Position numbers and translations under genes: made by a program
Notes under the pieces: model-generated
Databases searched by the model: none
Told to the model about the DNA's origin: nothing
Seen by the model: only the letters and a program-made list of their open reading frames with translations
Virus record (IMG/VR): IMGVR_UViG_3300027689_000306
Origin: an uncultured virus (IMG/VR IMGVR_UViG_3300027689_000306)
Lineage: Duplodnaviria; Heunggongvirae; Uroviricota; Caudoviricetes; Crassvirales
Strand: one strand, 5' to 3'
DNA: 64,000 nucleotides
Shown here: positions 28,872 through 39,240 of the stretch, piece after piece
How the letters are laid out: every line of letters begins with the position of its first letter
Numbering within the stretch: position 1 is the first letter of the stretch

Positions 28872-29926
28872 TATGTTCCTTTAATATTTACTACTCCGTT
28901 AGACAAATAATTCTTGTGGCTTATATCCCATGTATCTGTTTCAACACACCAGCTCAATGCAGCTATCAAATCTCCTACACCAGGATAAGTTCTTCCTTTA
29001 TGTACAAATCCATGATAAGCATCTCCCATATCATCAATATCTAGTGTATATATAAGAGGTTGATAATAGTTTGTGCTATCACATACAATAAACTTTAGAT
29101 ATTCCACTACATATCCATAATAAGGACTCTCTGGATCATCTACTAGTTTTATCATTGCATAGAAATAAAGATAGGCCTGAATGTACGCTCTTCTGTACAA
29201 GTAATACTCTTCATAGAAGTTTTCTACAGACCATGTGCACTTAAGATCGTAAGGTTGAATAGTCTTCTTATCATGATCAATCACCACTTTATCCAACATA
29301 CTCTTGAACTTATGTCCATCTATTTCATATCCCTCTACTTGCATTTGATCTATGATTTCATACCTAGAGCTGTTCACTAGATTAACAATTGGTCCTGTAG
29401 TACTATTAGTCTTAAGTCTTTCTACGATCTTCTCAGCTATTGATATTTCTGTAGTGTTAACCACAGTTAGATTCTTACTTCTAACTCTTCTGATTTCATT
29501 GTAATAGATTTCAGCCTCACTTCCTATGAACTTACTTATCACAGCTTCATATTTGATTTTGAATCCTGATATACGATATGCCTCTAGAGAAAGTTCTGAA
29601 AAATCTATAACCACTTTTCCTTGATCATTTGTTGCAAGTTCTGTACATTTATACAACGCTTCAACAAAATCTAACATAAGTCCTGTAGGTGTAGAAACAC
29701 AAGATGACATATAGAACTTATCATCAAATAGATGTGGTTCCATAAGTAGGGTCTCGACTATTCTACCCATATTAGCTGCAGCTGTATCTTTGTCTTCTAC
29801 CTTCTCTCCAAGGAAATACTTCTTGTAATACTTCTTTCTATCTGTTGAGAAATCTTTCAATGAACTACTACTGTCCATCACCACTGCTCTGTATTGAGCT
29901 TCTGTCTTTGCTGTTCCTTTTATCAT
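28871..29926 (-). CDS. PD-(D/E)XK exonuclease (RecE/DUF3799-like)
   Basis: SSSSLK, G.IVE.LL, KSMLD, YDLK, Y.IQA.LY. Confidence 0.8.
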   Translation of the reverse strand: MIKGTAKTEAQYRAVVMDSSSSLKDFSTDRKKYYKKYFLGEKVEDKDTAAANMGRIVETLLMEPHLFDDKFYMSSCVSTPTGLMLDFVEALYKCTELATNDQGKVVIDFSELSLEAYRISGFKIKYEAVISKFIGSEAEIYYNEIRRVRSKNLTVVNTTEISIAEKIVERLKTNSTTGPIVNLVNSSRYEIIDQMQVEGYEIDGHKFKSMLDKVVIDHDKKTIQPYDLKCTWSVENFYEEYYLYRRAYIQAYLYFYAMIKLVDDPESPYYGYVVEYLKFIVCDSTNYYQPLIYTLDIDDMGDAYHGFVHKGRTYPGVGDLIAALSWCVETDTWDISHKNYLSNGVVNIKGT

Positions 29927-30153
29927 AATGTTTGTTTAAATGCTTCTATAATTTGTGGATACAAAGCTCGTATCTCCCTTGGTACTCTAGCAAAGAACCA
30001 TCTCACCTCTAGTTCATATTCTTCTCCTCCATTATCTAATCCCTGAGGATGTATTAACCAGAAGTAATGGTATTTACCTTCATGTTCTATGTGTCCTTCA
30101 TGCCACACCTCACTAAATGCAGGTGTCTTATTTATTGTTATTGCGTTTTTCAT
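29923..30153 (-). CDS. Hypothetical protein
   Basis: Operon ORF. Confidence 0.55.
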   Translation of the reverse strand: MKNAITINKTPAFSEVWHEGHIEHEGKYHYFWLIHPQGLDNGGEEYELEVRWFFARVPREIRALYPQIIEAFKQTL

Positions 30154-30532
30154 TGGTTTTTGATTTTTTTTCTTTTAATGTTTTTACATCATGACATGTA
30201 GTGCATAACACTTGTAGGTTGTCTTGCTCACAGAATAATCTCTCAACAAATCCTGGAAGATCTTCTGCACAGTTTAAGCTACCTGCAGGCTTTATGTGAT
30301 CTACATTGATATTCTTTTCAGTAGTCCAAACTTTGCACTTCTTACATTGGTATTCGTATTTTTGACGTTTACTAGGACCTTTGTAATCTCTACGTGCATT
30401 TAGTTTACATACTGATATAGGCTTCCACCATCTACTCTTTTGTCTCAAAGCACTTCTTATGAAGCTCCAGAAGGCTGCTTCACTCATTGTACCACTGCAT
30501 CTTGTCTTTGGGACTAACACTCTCTTTGCCAT
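30128..30532 (-). CDS. HNH endonuclease
   Basis: CKKC...VDHIKP...NLQVLCTTCH. Likely start MAKRV, downstream of the promoter. Confidence 0.85.
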   Translation of the reverse strand: MAKRVLVPKTRCSGTMSEAAFWSFIRSALRQKSRWWKPISVCKLNARRDYKGPSKRQKYEYQCKKCKVWTTEKNINVDHIKPAGSLNCAEDLPGFVERLFCEQDNLQVLCTTCHDVKTLKEKKSKTNEKRNNNK

Positions 30533-30550
30533 AGGTTTATAATTAAGTTC

Positions 30551-30579
30551 TGTCGCAAATATAGTAAACATTTGCGACA
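30551..30579 (-). promoter_or_regulatory. Promoter -7 element within a perfect 10-bp inverted repeat
   Basis: TGTCGCAAAT-N9-ATTTGCGACA; TATATTTG on the - strand at 30556-30563. Confidence 0.65.
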
Positions 30580-30595
30580 AAACTATAATTATTAC

Positions 30596-32122
30596 TTACT
30601 TAATTGTACTAACACGTTTGCTTATGCTAGCTTTCATCTCACTAAGAGAATTAACAATATTAGTTATTTCTTCTGCAGAGATAGCTGGTAAGTTGAATTC
30701 ATACTTTCTAGATTCAGCTGCAAATCCATCTTTCACTTTCTCAGCAAGAGATTCTAATTCACGAATAGCATAATCTTCATCTAGTTGTATTGTATCAAAC
30801 TGAGCATCATGTAAGATTCTAGTAGCTTCTTCTCTTGGTACAGTCATAATTGGAAGATACTCATAACATCTACCTTTGTGTTGACCAATACCTACCACCT
30901 TCATAGGATTGATAAGAACAATAACAGATTGATCACCACATCCAACATAGTGAATCTGGTCTGCTGTGAAGTGAAGACCTGCAGCAGCACAATCTTGTGT
31001 ACTCCAGTTACAATCTTCTTTAGGCATACTAGTCACTTGTCCAATACGGATATCAAATGTTTTAGTCCAATCATCTGTAAATCTATTCTCTGCTCTATTA
31101 GGAAGATCTAGATAAAGCTCTACAAGACTACCAATCTTTTGGCCATGATTAACAGCCCATGTTTCAGTGTAAGTATATTCTTCCACTTCTCCTGATTCAT
31201 CACATGTTTCACAATCAATCCATTCACCATCTTCCCAGCTATCTTCATCTTCCCATCCACAATCACCTAAGCAATCAGGACATGTTGTAGATGTGTGAGT
31301 TTCTTCTTTGAATAGTTTGTCATCATGTACAAGTTTGTATTCACCATCTTCTAAGAACACTGTGTACTCAGAAGGATTCTTCTTCCATACAGCTTTCACC
31401 TTGTTATAGGCATTACTGATGAAGTGAACTAGCTCTGGAGAACCATGAAGAGTTACAACATTTCTCAATGCTACAACAAATCCTTGTCTAGTGATTCTAA
31501 AAGAATTCTCTGCTAAGAATCTGTATAACTCATGTGCCACTTCAGCTCTTGGGTTTAAACAACACCACATGAAGAAGTTCTTCAATGCTACATAATTATC
31601 ATCATTATTTAACTGTGTATTGAAATCTTCTTGAGATGGTTCATTACTCACTCTATCTACTACAGCAATGAATTCTTCAACTAATAATTGAGGAAGACTT
31701 CTAGATGTACCATTTAGATAAACTGTTGTACCCTCCACTCTAAAATCAGGAAGAACAGCAAGTAATTCTATACCCTGTTGTAAAACTTTGATTCTTTCTG
31801 TTTCAGCTCTTAGTTTTTCTACATCAGCTGTCACTTCATGAGAAGCTACAATAGCATGAATTTCATGCACACTTCTTGCATTAGAAATAGCATAATAATC
31901 TTCTTCTGTTGCATTAGGTTTAGTCAATACACTTCCATCTCTCAACACTACAGTGAGTGTATCATTTACCAATCTAAGGTTTAAGAATGGTTTCTCAAAC
32001 ACTTCATTAGGAGCTTGATCTTCTTGCTCCATTAAACTCTCCAATTTGTTAGCTACCACTTTAGCTATTGCATTTTCTGCTGTTTGCTTGAACCAGTCAA
32101 GACTTAGGAATTTGTTGCTCAT
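30596..32122 (-). CDS. rIIB: RIIB-like protein with inserted Cys4 zinc finger
   Basis: FF..C.LNP, ELYRFL, C-terminal CAAAGLH...INP..VV...KGRC; follows rIIA. Confidence 0.75.
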   Translation of the reverse strand: MSNKFLSLDWFKQTAENAIAKVVANKLESLMEQEDQAPNEVFEKPFLNLRLVNDTLTVVLRDGSVLTKPNATEEDYYAISNARSVHEIHAIVASHEVTADVEKLRAETERIKVLQQGIELLAVLPDFRVEGTTVYLNGTSRSLPQLLVEEFIAVVDRVSNEPSQEDFNTQLNNDDNYVALKNFFMWCCLNPRAEVAHELYRFLAENSFRITRQGFVVALRNVVTLHGSPELVHFISNAYNKVKAVWKKNPSEYTVFLEDGEYKLVHDDKLFKEETHTSTTCPDCLGDCGWEDEDSWEDGEWIDCETCDESGEVEEYTYTETWAVNHGQKIGSLVELYLDLPNRAENRFTDDWTKTFDIRIGQVTSMPKEDCNWSTQDCAAAGLHFTADQIHYVGCGDQSVIVLINPMKVVGIGQHKGRCYEYLPIMTVPREEATRILHDAQFDTIQLDEDYAIRELESLAEKVKDGFAAESRKYEFNLPAISAEEITNIVNSLSEMKASISKRVSTIK

Positions 32123-32152
32123 TGTATTTAATTTTAATTGTTACTTTTTAAT

Positions 32153-32174
32153 AAAGGGGGATTTCTCCCCCCTT
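32153..32174. terminator. Hairpin/terminator between rIIA and rIIB
   Basis: AAAGGGGG-ATTTCT-CCCCCTTT. Confidence 0.6.
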
Positions 32175-32177
32175 TCT

Positions 32178-34514
32178 TTAATCTACTAAATCTTCTATTG
32201 TTTCTTCTGTTAACACTTCTTCATTGATTCTAATGTTGTAATGTTTTAAATTCACTCTGTGCTTGTAATACTTAAATAAGTCAGTCATTACATTAACCAT
32301 TGGATCTTCTTGTTGATAATAACCTGCTCTTCCACACAATGGTTGTAAGAATGGAAGTTTATTAAACAGTTCTATCATCTCCAGAATCTCTGGATAAATG
32401 TTCTGATCAAACAGATTGTGCTCTTCAGCCACTTCTAACATAGCTTTCTTCAACTCATCATTTGTAGATACATAGTTAGCAGTTCTATAATTAGATAGAG
32501 TTCTTAGTTTGGTAGATAGATCAGTGGATACATATCCTATTATATCTATTCTATCAAACACGCTTCTATACTTATTCATCATATCATTGATTAACGTTGA
32601 TGTGATTATTCTCTTGAATGGTGCTGTTTTCCCCTCCATAAATTTGTCATATGATATTAAATTGTGTATGTCTAATTGTTCTACTATCTTAAGTTCTCTA
32701 GCAGAAAATGTAATTACTTCCATCTTCTGTTTACCCATTATGCCATATAAAGCATCAAGCTTCAAATAGTCATCATGGTGAGCATAAACCTTCAGGTGCT
32801 TAGCACTCTCAAGATTTTCTAACTTATATAATTGAGAATCAAACTTACACTTTCTACCATCATTCCATCTCATTAGGTCTACACCTTTCTTACAAACAAT
32901 CTCTCCTTGTATCTTAAGTCTCTTACCACTTGCTGTAGTAGAAGCCACTTTAGCTTTCTTCTTACTATCAATAAATGCTTGTGGTACAACTAGTTTATCA
33001 AGACTATGGAATTGCTCTTCTACCAAAGACATAATGTGTTGATATTCTTTAATAACAGCTCTCCATTGCTGTTTTGGATAGTCTTTAAGATGTAACAAGT
33101 GATAATACGTATGAAGATCAAACTTAGCAGGAATTCCTAACTTCATAGGAGCAGCTCGTTTAACAATGAAATTGTATTCACTCTCTTTACATGTAGATCT
33201 TAGATAGTCTTTCTTAATCTGAGGAATTCTGTCATCAAATACCCATATTCTAGCATGGTCATTACAAATACTCTCTAGGTTATATCCATAGGTATAATGT
33301 ATATCTGTGTTCTGCATTCTTTTATATCTCAATAAGAACTTAGAAGGGAATGCACCATTCAACATGTTTTGTTTATACTTTGTATACAAAGCAGGGAAGT
33401 TCAATAGCTTAACATCTTCTATCTCTGGGATAGAAACTTTTATTGTAGAAAATTGAAGGAAATCATCAATTACTCTTGAACCACCATTAGGCATTGTAAG
33501 TCTATGACCATTCTTCTCAAGATGATTGATTACAGATTTGATATCATTACCTTCACCTAGTTGTTCATTGTACTTAGTAACAAAATAATCTGCCACCTGA
33601 CTAAGCTTAGTCTTAATGATTTGCTTGGCCTCTTGTGTATATCTAATAGATTCTCTGTTAGGAGTTGGATATAGTCCATCACTCAATGAAAATCTAAGAG
33701 CTACAGGGAAATCAATTCTATCTATACCCACCTTCTCAAAGTCTAGAGGATAATACACATTATCAAGACAAATATGCACTCTATCATCTGTACTCATCTC
33801 AGAGAACTGGAAGTGTGTATGTCTAGAGATAACAAAATCATTGGTGATTGTAGTATCATCTGGTACATCAAAATATACACTCTCGAAATAGCACAACTGC
33901 TCTTTAATCTTCTTACGAAACTGATATGCATCACTGTATTTAACAGGAATAATGATTTTTACACCATTAGCTTCTGTTGTAGGTGTTTCATACAAAAGAT
34001 CAATTGTGTTAACATCTTCTCCTTCATACATCATATACTTACGTTCTATTCCATCTTTTCTACATACAAAGTAGAAACTAGATGAATAAGCAAGAGGTGC
34101 TTTGAAACCAAGGCCCATCATACCAAGCTCAGTGTTACTGTCACGCTTGGTAGACTTACCATACTTACTGATAATGTTCTTCACATCATCAGCATCAAGA
34201 CCAATACCAAAATCCTCTACACAAAACTCATAGTTATATGCTGTTGAAGATTTGAATGATACAATGATAGGAGTGTCCACTCCAGCTCTTCTATGGCTAT
34301 CTAGTGCATTGGATGCACATTCTCTGATAGCAGAGCCTATATCATCAGAATATAAATTCTTACTTAACATCTGCATCAATACTTGAGCAGAATCTAAGTC
34401 TAGGGACATTCCAATTGATTCTTGTGCTTGTCCTTCTGTTAGGACGTTTGCTTCTGTCTGTTTTTCTAAAATCATTTTTTCTAGTTTTAAATTGCTGTTC
34501 TCTTTATCAACCAA
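32178..34514 (-). CDS. rIIA: RIIA-like protein with N-terminal GHKL ATPase domain
   Basis: LYSD...IRECASNALDSH, DFGIG, GLGFKAPLAY, PTPNRESI. The true start may be MILEK at 34475. Confidence 0.8.
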   Translation of the reverse strand: MVDKENSNLKLEKMILEKQTEANVLTEGQAQESIGMSLDLDSAQVLMQMLSKNLYSDDIGSAIRECASNALDSHRRAGVDTPIIVSFKSSTAYNYEFCVEDFGIGLDADDVKNIISKYGKSTKRDSNTELGMMGLGFKAPLAYSSSFYFVCRKDGIERKYMMYEGEDVNTIDLLYETPTTEANGVKIIIPVKYSDAYQFRKKIKEQLCYFESVYFDVPDDTTITNDFVISRHTHFQFSEMSTDDRVHICLDNVYYPLDFEKVGIDRIDFPVALRFSLSDGLYPTPNRESIRYTQEAKQIIKTKLSQVADYFVTKYNEQLGEGNDIKSVINHLEKNGHRLTMPNGGSRVIDDFLQFSTIKVSIPEIEDVKLLNFPALYTKYKQNMLNGAFPSKFLLRYKRMQNTDIHYTYGYNLESICNDHARIWVFDDRIPQIKKDYLRSTCKESEYNFIVKRAAPMKLGIPAKFDLHTYYHLLHLKDYPKQQWRAVIKEYQHIMSLVEEQFHSLDKLVVPQAFIDSKKKAKVASTTASGKRLKIQGEIVCKKGVDLMRWNDGRKCKFDSQLYKLENLESAKHLKVYAHHDDYLKLDALYGIMGKQKMEVITFSARELKIVEQLDIHNLISYDKFMEGKTAPFKRIITSTLINDMMNKYRSVFDRIDIIGYVSTDLSTKLRTLSNYRTANYVSTNDELKKAMLEVAEEHNLFDQNIYPEILEMIELFNKLPFLQPLCGRAGYYQQEDPMVNVMTDLFKYYKHRVNLKHYNIRINEEVLTEETIEDLVD

Positions 34515-34741
34515 AGACCTCTATGATTAAGATCTAGGTATATTGTTCTAATTGGTTTTGTATCACTTAAATCATTTAAATTCAAGACTTCCACTTTAGT
34601 ACTACTATATGCAGCCCAAGTTCTATTCTTAGCTAGCACAAGAGGTCTTATGATTTTTATTCTTCTAAGACCACTACCACATCCATAAATAACTTCATCA
34701 CCTACAAGTAGGTTTTCAATTTTAATAATTTGATTTTCCAT
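34487..34741 (-). CDS. Hypothetical protein
   Basis: 84-aa operon ORF. Confidence 0.55.
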   Translation of the reverse strand: MENQIIKIENLLVGDEVIYGCGSGLRRIKIIRPLVLAKNRTWAAYSSTKVEVLNLNDLSDTKPIRTIYLDLNHRGLWLIKRTAI

Positions 34742-34752
34742 GTTTTAATTGT

Positions 34753-35472
34753 TTAAAAGGGTGCATCAACATCTAACCAGTGAACGCTAAACCCATTGTT
34801 TTCTTCTAATAATCTATTTACTTTGCTAAACACACCTTCTGTATCCCATTCTGTTCCTTTGTAAGAAGCACTAGCTGGATGAGACACCTCAAACACATGT
34901 GTAAATATACCTGTGTATTTTTTGTATCTAGCTGCTTCTTTACCAAGAAAGATGATTGGTACACCTAAGTGGTTTATAATTTCCTCAAACAGATACTTGA
35001 TAAATGGTTCCCATATTTCTATGTGAGAACCTGCTTTATTCATCTCTGTTGTTAATGCTGCATTAAGCATAAGTACACCCTGATGAGCTATAAAGCTTAC
35101 ATCTGGGTTCTTTATAATACTTAAGTTTAGCCCATCGTAGAATTCTCTCTCCATAGCACCATAGAATTGAGCTAATGAAGGTTGAACTTGCTCTGTTATA
35201 GAACAACCCATAAGTAATCCATCTGCTACTGGAGTATCATTCTTGAATGTGTGATAGGGGCACATACCCATTACTACCACTTTAAGATCATCTAGTGATG
35301 TTTCTTTAAAGCATCTCCAAACATTTGCAGATATAGGAGCAACCTTCTTACCTCTCTTACTCTCTGCTTTTAGATATGCATAAATCTTATCACACTGTTC
35401 ACTCTCAATGAATGGTCTCATCTTAGCATGCCAAGATGGATGAAACTGATGTTTAAAATTATCCCAATTCAT
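34753..35472 (-). CDS. ung: Family-1 uracil-DNA glycosylase-like protein (non-canonical motif A)
   Basis: LKVVVMGMCPYH, PSL, QGVLMLNAALT, SHPAS. Confidence 0.8.
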   Translation of the reverse strand: MNWDNFKHQFHPSWHAKMRPFIESEQCDKIYAYLKAESKRGKKVAPISANVWRCFKETSLDDLKVVVMGMCPYHTFKNDTPVADGLLMGCSITEQVQPSLAQFYGAMEREFYDGLNLSIIKNPDVSFIAHQGVLMLNAALTTEMNKAGSHIEIWEPFIKYLFEEIINHLGVPIIFLGKEAARYKKYTGIFTHVFEVSHPASASYKGTEWDTEGVFSKVNRLLEENNGFSVHWLDVDAPF

Positions 35473-36470
35473 ATTAATTCTCTTTGTGTTAAATATTTCT
35501 CTATTGTCTTTAGTCCATGTATGCGTGCTAGATCAGCCCAATCTTTAATTCCTTCATCTAGATAAAGCCTTGGTACATTGCAATACTCAAAATCAAACCT
35601 ATCAGTTATCAGTTGAGAATTCTTTACACCAGTTTCATCACTATCGAAGCTTAAGATTTGTCTATCAGAATTTTCTTTTAGATATTCAACGTTCTCTTCA
35701 GAGAAACATCCCATACCTTCATTTTGGACAGCACAGCAACATGGAAATACTTTTTTCATTACCATGTAATCCTTCTTACTCTTATTGATGAATGCTACAT
35801 CACAATCTCTGATGTCTTCTAGTCCATCCATCATGGTAATAGGCACATTATTAGGCATCCACTTATTCTTTTTATCAGCAAATGGTCTGTAGATTTTCCA
35901 ATGTCCTTCATATAGATAACCAAACCTCAACTCAGAATCCTTAATAGGAAACTTTTGTTTGTTGAGATAGACAGTGTCTATTGAATATACATTGTTAGCT
36001 CTAAGATCATCTATGTCCTGGTAATACTCATTCCAATATGCTAGTTCTTCGTGTGTAAACTTTCTAGTCTTCACTTGAATGAAATACTCACGTTTAGATG
36101 TAGCTGTTGGTTGTGCATAATTAGAAACAATCCTCTCGTAATTCCTTGTAGAGGTTCCACTGACAATCCCTAGATCAAAATCCCTATCAATCATTAGTAA
36201 GGCATCATTGAGACTTACATTGAATAACATCATAACAAAATTAAAACATCCACCTTTTCTGCTGGAATCTCCAAAATCTATGAAGTTCAATGCTCCTCCT
36301 CTATATCCTATAATGAATGAAGGATTCTTTTCGTTTCTAAAGGGAGAATAAGTAACTGTATTAATTTTCCAATTCTGATGTGGCATATACATTTTGTAGA
36401 TATCATATTCAGATATCTTATCTAGTATGCTATCAGGTGTTAAGTTTATTCTTTTTCTTCCTTTTATCAT
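35469..36470 (-). CDS. DNA primase (crAss-type TOPRIM)
   Basis: SPFRNEKNPSF, DFG, WKIYRP, FDSDETG, KDWAD. Likely start MIKGRK. Confidence 0.85.
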   Translation of the reverse strand: MIKGRKRINLTPDSILDKISEYDIYKMYMPHQNWKINTVTYSPFRNEKNPSFIIGYRGGALNFIDFGDSSRKGGCFNFVMMLFNVSLNDALLMIDRDFDLGIVSGTSTRNYERIVSNYAQPTATSKREYFIQVKTRKFTHEELAYWNEYYQDIDDLRANNVYSIDTVYLNKQKFPIKDSELRFGYLYEGHWKIYRPFADKKNKWMPNNVPITMMDGLEDIRDCDVAFINKSKKDYMVMKKVFPCCCAVQNEGMGCFSEENVEYLKENSDRQILSFDSDETGVKNSQLITDRFDFEYCNVPRLYLDEGIKDWADLARIHGLKTIEKYLTQRELI

Positions 36471-36531
36471 AGCTTTAAAATAAAAAACCCTCACCATTTC
36501 TGATGAGGGCTCTTACTAACAATTAATTGAA

Positions 36532-37404
36532 TTAATAATCGTCACCATCATCAGATATGAATGCATCAGAGGCCACTAGGTTATCATCTGCATTATAATC
36601 TTGAAGGTCTTTAAATGTGAAATGATCTTTACAACCATATTCACCTATTACATTTACAACAAATTTCTCGTGTGCTTTCAAATCTTTAGGTTTCTTGTTC
36701 TTAAGATCTGCCTGCAATCTTTTGCTTCCATAATCAACAAGTCTGAATTGTTTTAGTGCATATCCACCTAAGAAAGCTTTATTGTAGATTCCTTGATATT
36801 CTTTAGACTCTCCATCTCTCTCTTTAACTATTACAGTTGCAAGAGCTACAACAGACTTAGCCCATTCTCCATCAATTTGGTCCTTAAGATCTTTTACATT
36901 ACCACGCATCAACTTCTTCCATTCCAATTGTAGAACAGTTTCTGAATCACGATAGTCAAGATCAGCTAACCATGTACGCATAAAGTTGTAAAGATCTTCT
37001 TCACCTGTATATGCTACACGATAATCTCTTCCTTTAGTAAACCAATCAGCTAGATCATTTTCATCAGCTGCCCAAGTACACATACCAATAGAATTGATAT
37101 ATTGTTTCTTAGTAAAATCTTTATTCTCTCTCTCCTTGTCTTCTAAGAAGAATGACACCTTGAATTTATCTTCAGCATTAACCTTTTGTAACCATACGTC
37201 AACACGTAGATAACTGTTACCATCTTTTGTCTCACCTAAATACTCAGCAGCTTTGCTATCTTCTTTAAGCTCCATTCCTAGAATGTCTTTAAACTCTTCT
37301 GCTGTTGGGTTAACAGCAACCACGTTTGCTTCAAACAAACCTACTTTCTTTCCGAAATCACTATTTCCTGTGTTTTCTCTCTTTTTTCCTCCGATACTAC
37401 TCAT
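36532..37404 (-). CDS. Putative single-stranded DNA-binding protein
   Basis: VVAVNPT, YINSIG...W and an acidic tail (SDDGDDY); lies between the Sak4-like ATPase and primase. Confidence 0.6.
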   Translation of the reverse strand: MSSIGGKKRENTGNSDFGKKVGLFEANVVAVNPTAEEFKDILGMELKEDSKAAEYLGETKDGNSYLRVDVWLQKVNAEDKFKVSFFLEDKERENKDFTKKQYINSIGMCTWAADENDLADWFTKGRDYRVAYTGEEDLYNFMRTWLADLDYRDSETVLQLEWKKLMRGNVKDLKDQIDGEWAKSVVALATVIVKERDGESKEYQGIYNKAFLGGYALKQFRLVDYGSKRLQADLKNKKPKDLKAHEKFVVNVIGEYGCKDHFTFKDLQDYNADDNLVASDAFISDDGDDY

Positions 37405-37416
37405 CTTAATTTAATT

Positions 37417-38088
37417 TTAGTTATAATATTCATTTAATGTATTCACTACTAGTTGTAAGTCATTAGGTATTTTTGTTTCTGCAAACATACCATCAGGACT
37501 TTTAGCTGGAATCTTTTTGTAACGATTTGTTACAAATTCATAATTAGTAGTTCCATCTTTATTTTCTTCTACATTAGTGTATAACACCACTGTAAATAAT
37601 CCTTCAAGATTGATTTGATTATCAATAAGTTTTCCTGATGTTTTCATCTTGTATCCTATGATATCTCCACCATCTTCAATAGTGTCTGGGTGAGAAAAAT
37701 AGAAAACAGTTAAATCATCTCTCAAATGTCTAGCAGTTTTAATCATTGCAACAGTGTCTCTAGCCATAACACTGAACTTCTCATAACCTTTTTCCATTGC
37801 TTTATCAAGCATTGTGAATCCCATTACATAATTGCTATCCTCTAGGATTATTTGTTTAATGTGAGGAGCTTTTTCAGAAATAGTTCTTAACAAACGAGTG
37901 ATCTCGTTAGCATCATCTACTTCCTTGTAATTCTTGTTTTCTACGTTGTAAAGTTTTTCAGAGCCCTTGAATGGTAACTCTTTCTTTGCAACATTAATAA
38001 TGTACGTTTCTTCTGGATTTAGATGTTTGATACTAGTTGATTTACCTGTACCTGTAGCACCAACAATCCCTACTAATTTACTTGCCAT
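37417..38088 (-). CDS. AAA_24/Sak4-like ATPase
   Basis: GATGTGKSTS, KELPFK, GKLID, EGLFTVVL, AKSP.GMF, IPND. Confidence 0.85.
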   Translation of the reverse strand: MASKLVGIVGATGTGKSTSIKHLNPEETYIINVAKKELPFKGSEKLYNVENKNYKEVDDANEITRLLRTISEKAPHIKQIILEDSNYVMGFTMLDKAMEKGYEKFSVMARDTVAMIKTARHLRDDLTVFYFSHPDTIEDGGDIIGYKMKTSGKLIDNQINLEGLFTVVLYTNVEENKDGTTNYEFVTNRYKKIPAKSPDGMFAETKIPNDLQLVVNTLNEYYN

Positions 38089-38129
38089 TGTTTTTTTACT
38101 TTAGTTATTAATTATTTAATTTTAAGGTA

Positions 38130-38160
38130 TAAAGATACAACAAATTCTCAACAAAGTCAA
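38130..38160 (-). promoter_or_regulatory. Bacteroidota-type promoter
   Basis: TTG, 20-nt spacer, TATCTTTA. Confidence 0.55.
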
Positions 38161-38163
38161 GGA

Positions 38164-39240
38164 TTATATGTATTTTATTTTGTTTGTGTCAAAGAATTCT
38201 AATGCTTTCTGCAACCACTTAAGCTCTGTAGGTTCTGTGGTGCTGACAATATAAATGTGTGCTTTCTTATCAGGAGTGTTATACTCCATGGCCATACATC
38301 TATTGATCTTCTGAGCTAGATTCTCTGCATTACTATCAAAGTAGTTTATGATCACCTTGTTAAGAGGTTTGTACGTCACACCTGTGTTACCAATCTTTAC
38401 AACAGCTAGGTGTTTACCTTCTCCTTCAGCAAAATCTTCAAAGACCTCTTTCTCTTTAGACTTATTATGATAGGAAGGAATTCCTAGATTGTCTGCAACA
38501 GCTGTGGTACCACAAAATACTAACACTCTCTCTTCAGCATGTTTCTCTAGCAACGCTCTTGTTGCTTTCACCTTGGCTAATGATGATTGTATTAGTCTCA
38601 TTCTAGCAAGACGTATAAACATAGTGTCATTACCAGCATTCTGTAGCTTATTGATTACCCAGGTGAGTGCATCAAACTGTCTTTTTTCAGTCTTTTGCTT
38701 ACCCTTGTAATCCTGCAGCGTAACATTGTCTAATGGCACTCTAATAACATGGATTTCATAATCTACAATAACTCCTTCCTCAATTGCTTTTTCAATTGGA
38801 TAATGGGCTATTACATGAAGATCTAATTCTTCTTCAAGAGTTCGTTCTGTCCAACTGGATAATGTACCAGTTAAACCAAGGATCTGTCCATTAACATCGA
38901 ACAGATCCTTACACACTTCTATTTGAGCCTCGCTCAACAAGTGTATCTCATCAATAATGACAACATCAAAGCTTAACTCAGCATACTTCTTTAATGATAG
39001 ATGTGTAGTGTATGTGACAATGCTGTCATCAAACCCTAGCTCTTCAAAATCAGCTTGCCAAGCATCTCTAATCTTATTATCTGGATAAGCAATCAATATG
39101 CTCTCAGGATTGATTTTCTCTAGAGCTAGTATACTAGTTCTAATCTTACCAAACCTAGGACATAAGTTCAATATGCCATACTTACCATGCTTGAGCCATA
39201 CATCAGCAAACTCTTTCTGTCTTTTATCTCTTATTGTCAT
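38164..39240 (-). CDS. SF2 (DExH) helicase
   Basis: PRFGK, IIDEIH, GLTGT, LVFC, QKINR. Confidence 0.85.
   Translation of the reverse strand: MTIRDKRQKEFADVWLKHGKYGILNLCPRFGKIRTSILALEKINPESILIAYPDNKIRDAWQADFEELGFDDSIVTYTTHLSLKKYAELSFDVVIIDEIHLLSEAQIEVCKDLFDVNGQILGLTGTLSSWTERTLEEELDLHVIAHYPIEKAIEEGVIVDYEIHVIRVPLDNVTLQDYKGKQKTEKRQFDALTWVINKLQNAGNDTMFIRLARMRLIQSSLAKVKATRALLEKHAEERVLVFCGTTAVADNLGIPSYHNKSKEKEVFEDFAEGEGKHLAVVKIGNTGVTYKPLNKVIINYFDSNAENLAQKINRCMAMEYNTPDKKAHIYIVSTTEPTELKWLQKALEFFDTNKIKYI

Noticed and set aside
38164..39240. Inactive helicase (Walker A PRFGKI, motif VI QKINR)
   Set aside because: The catalytic Lys and DEIH are retained; without an alignment the deviation is not enough to claim loss of function.
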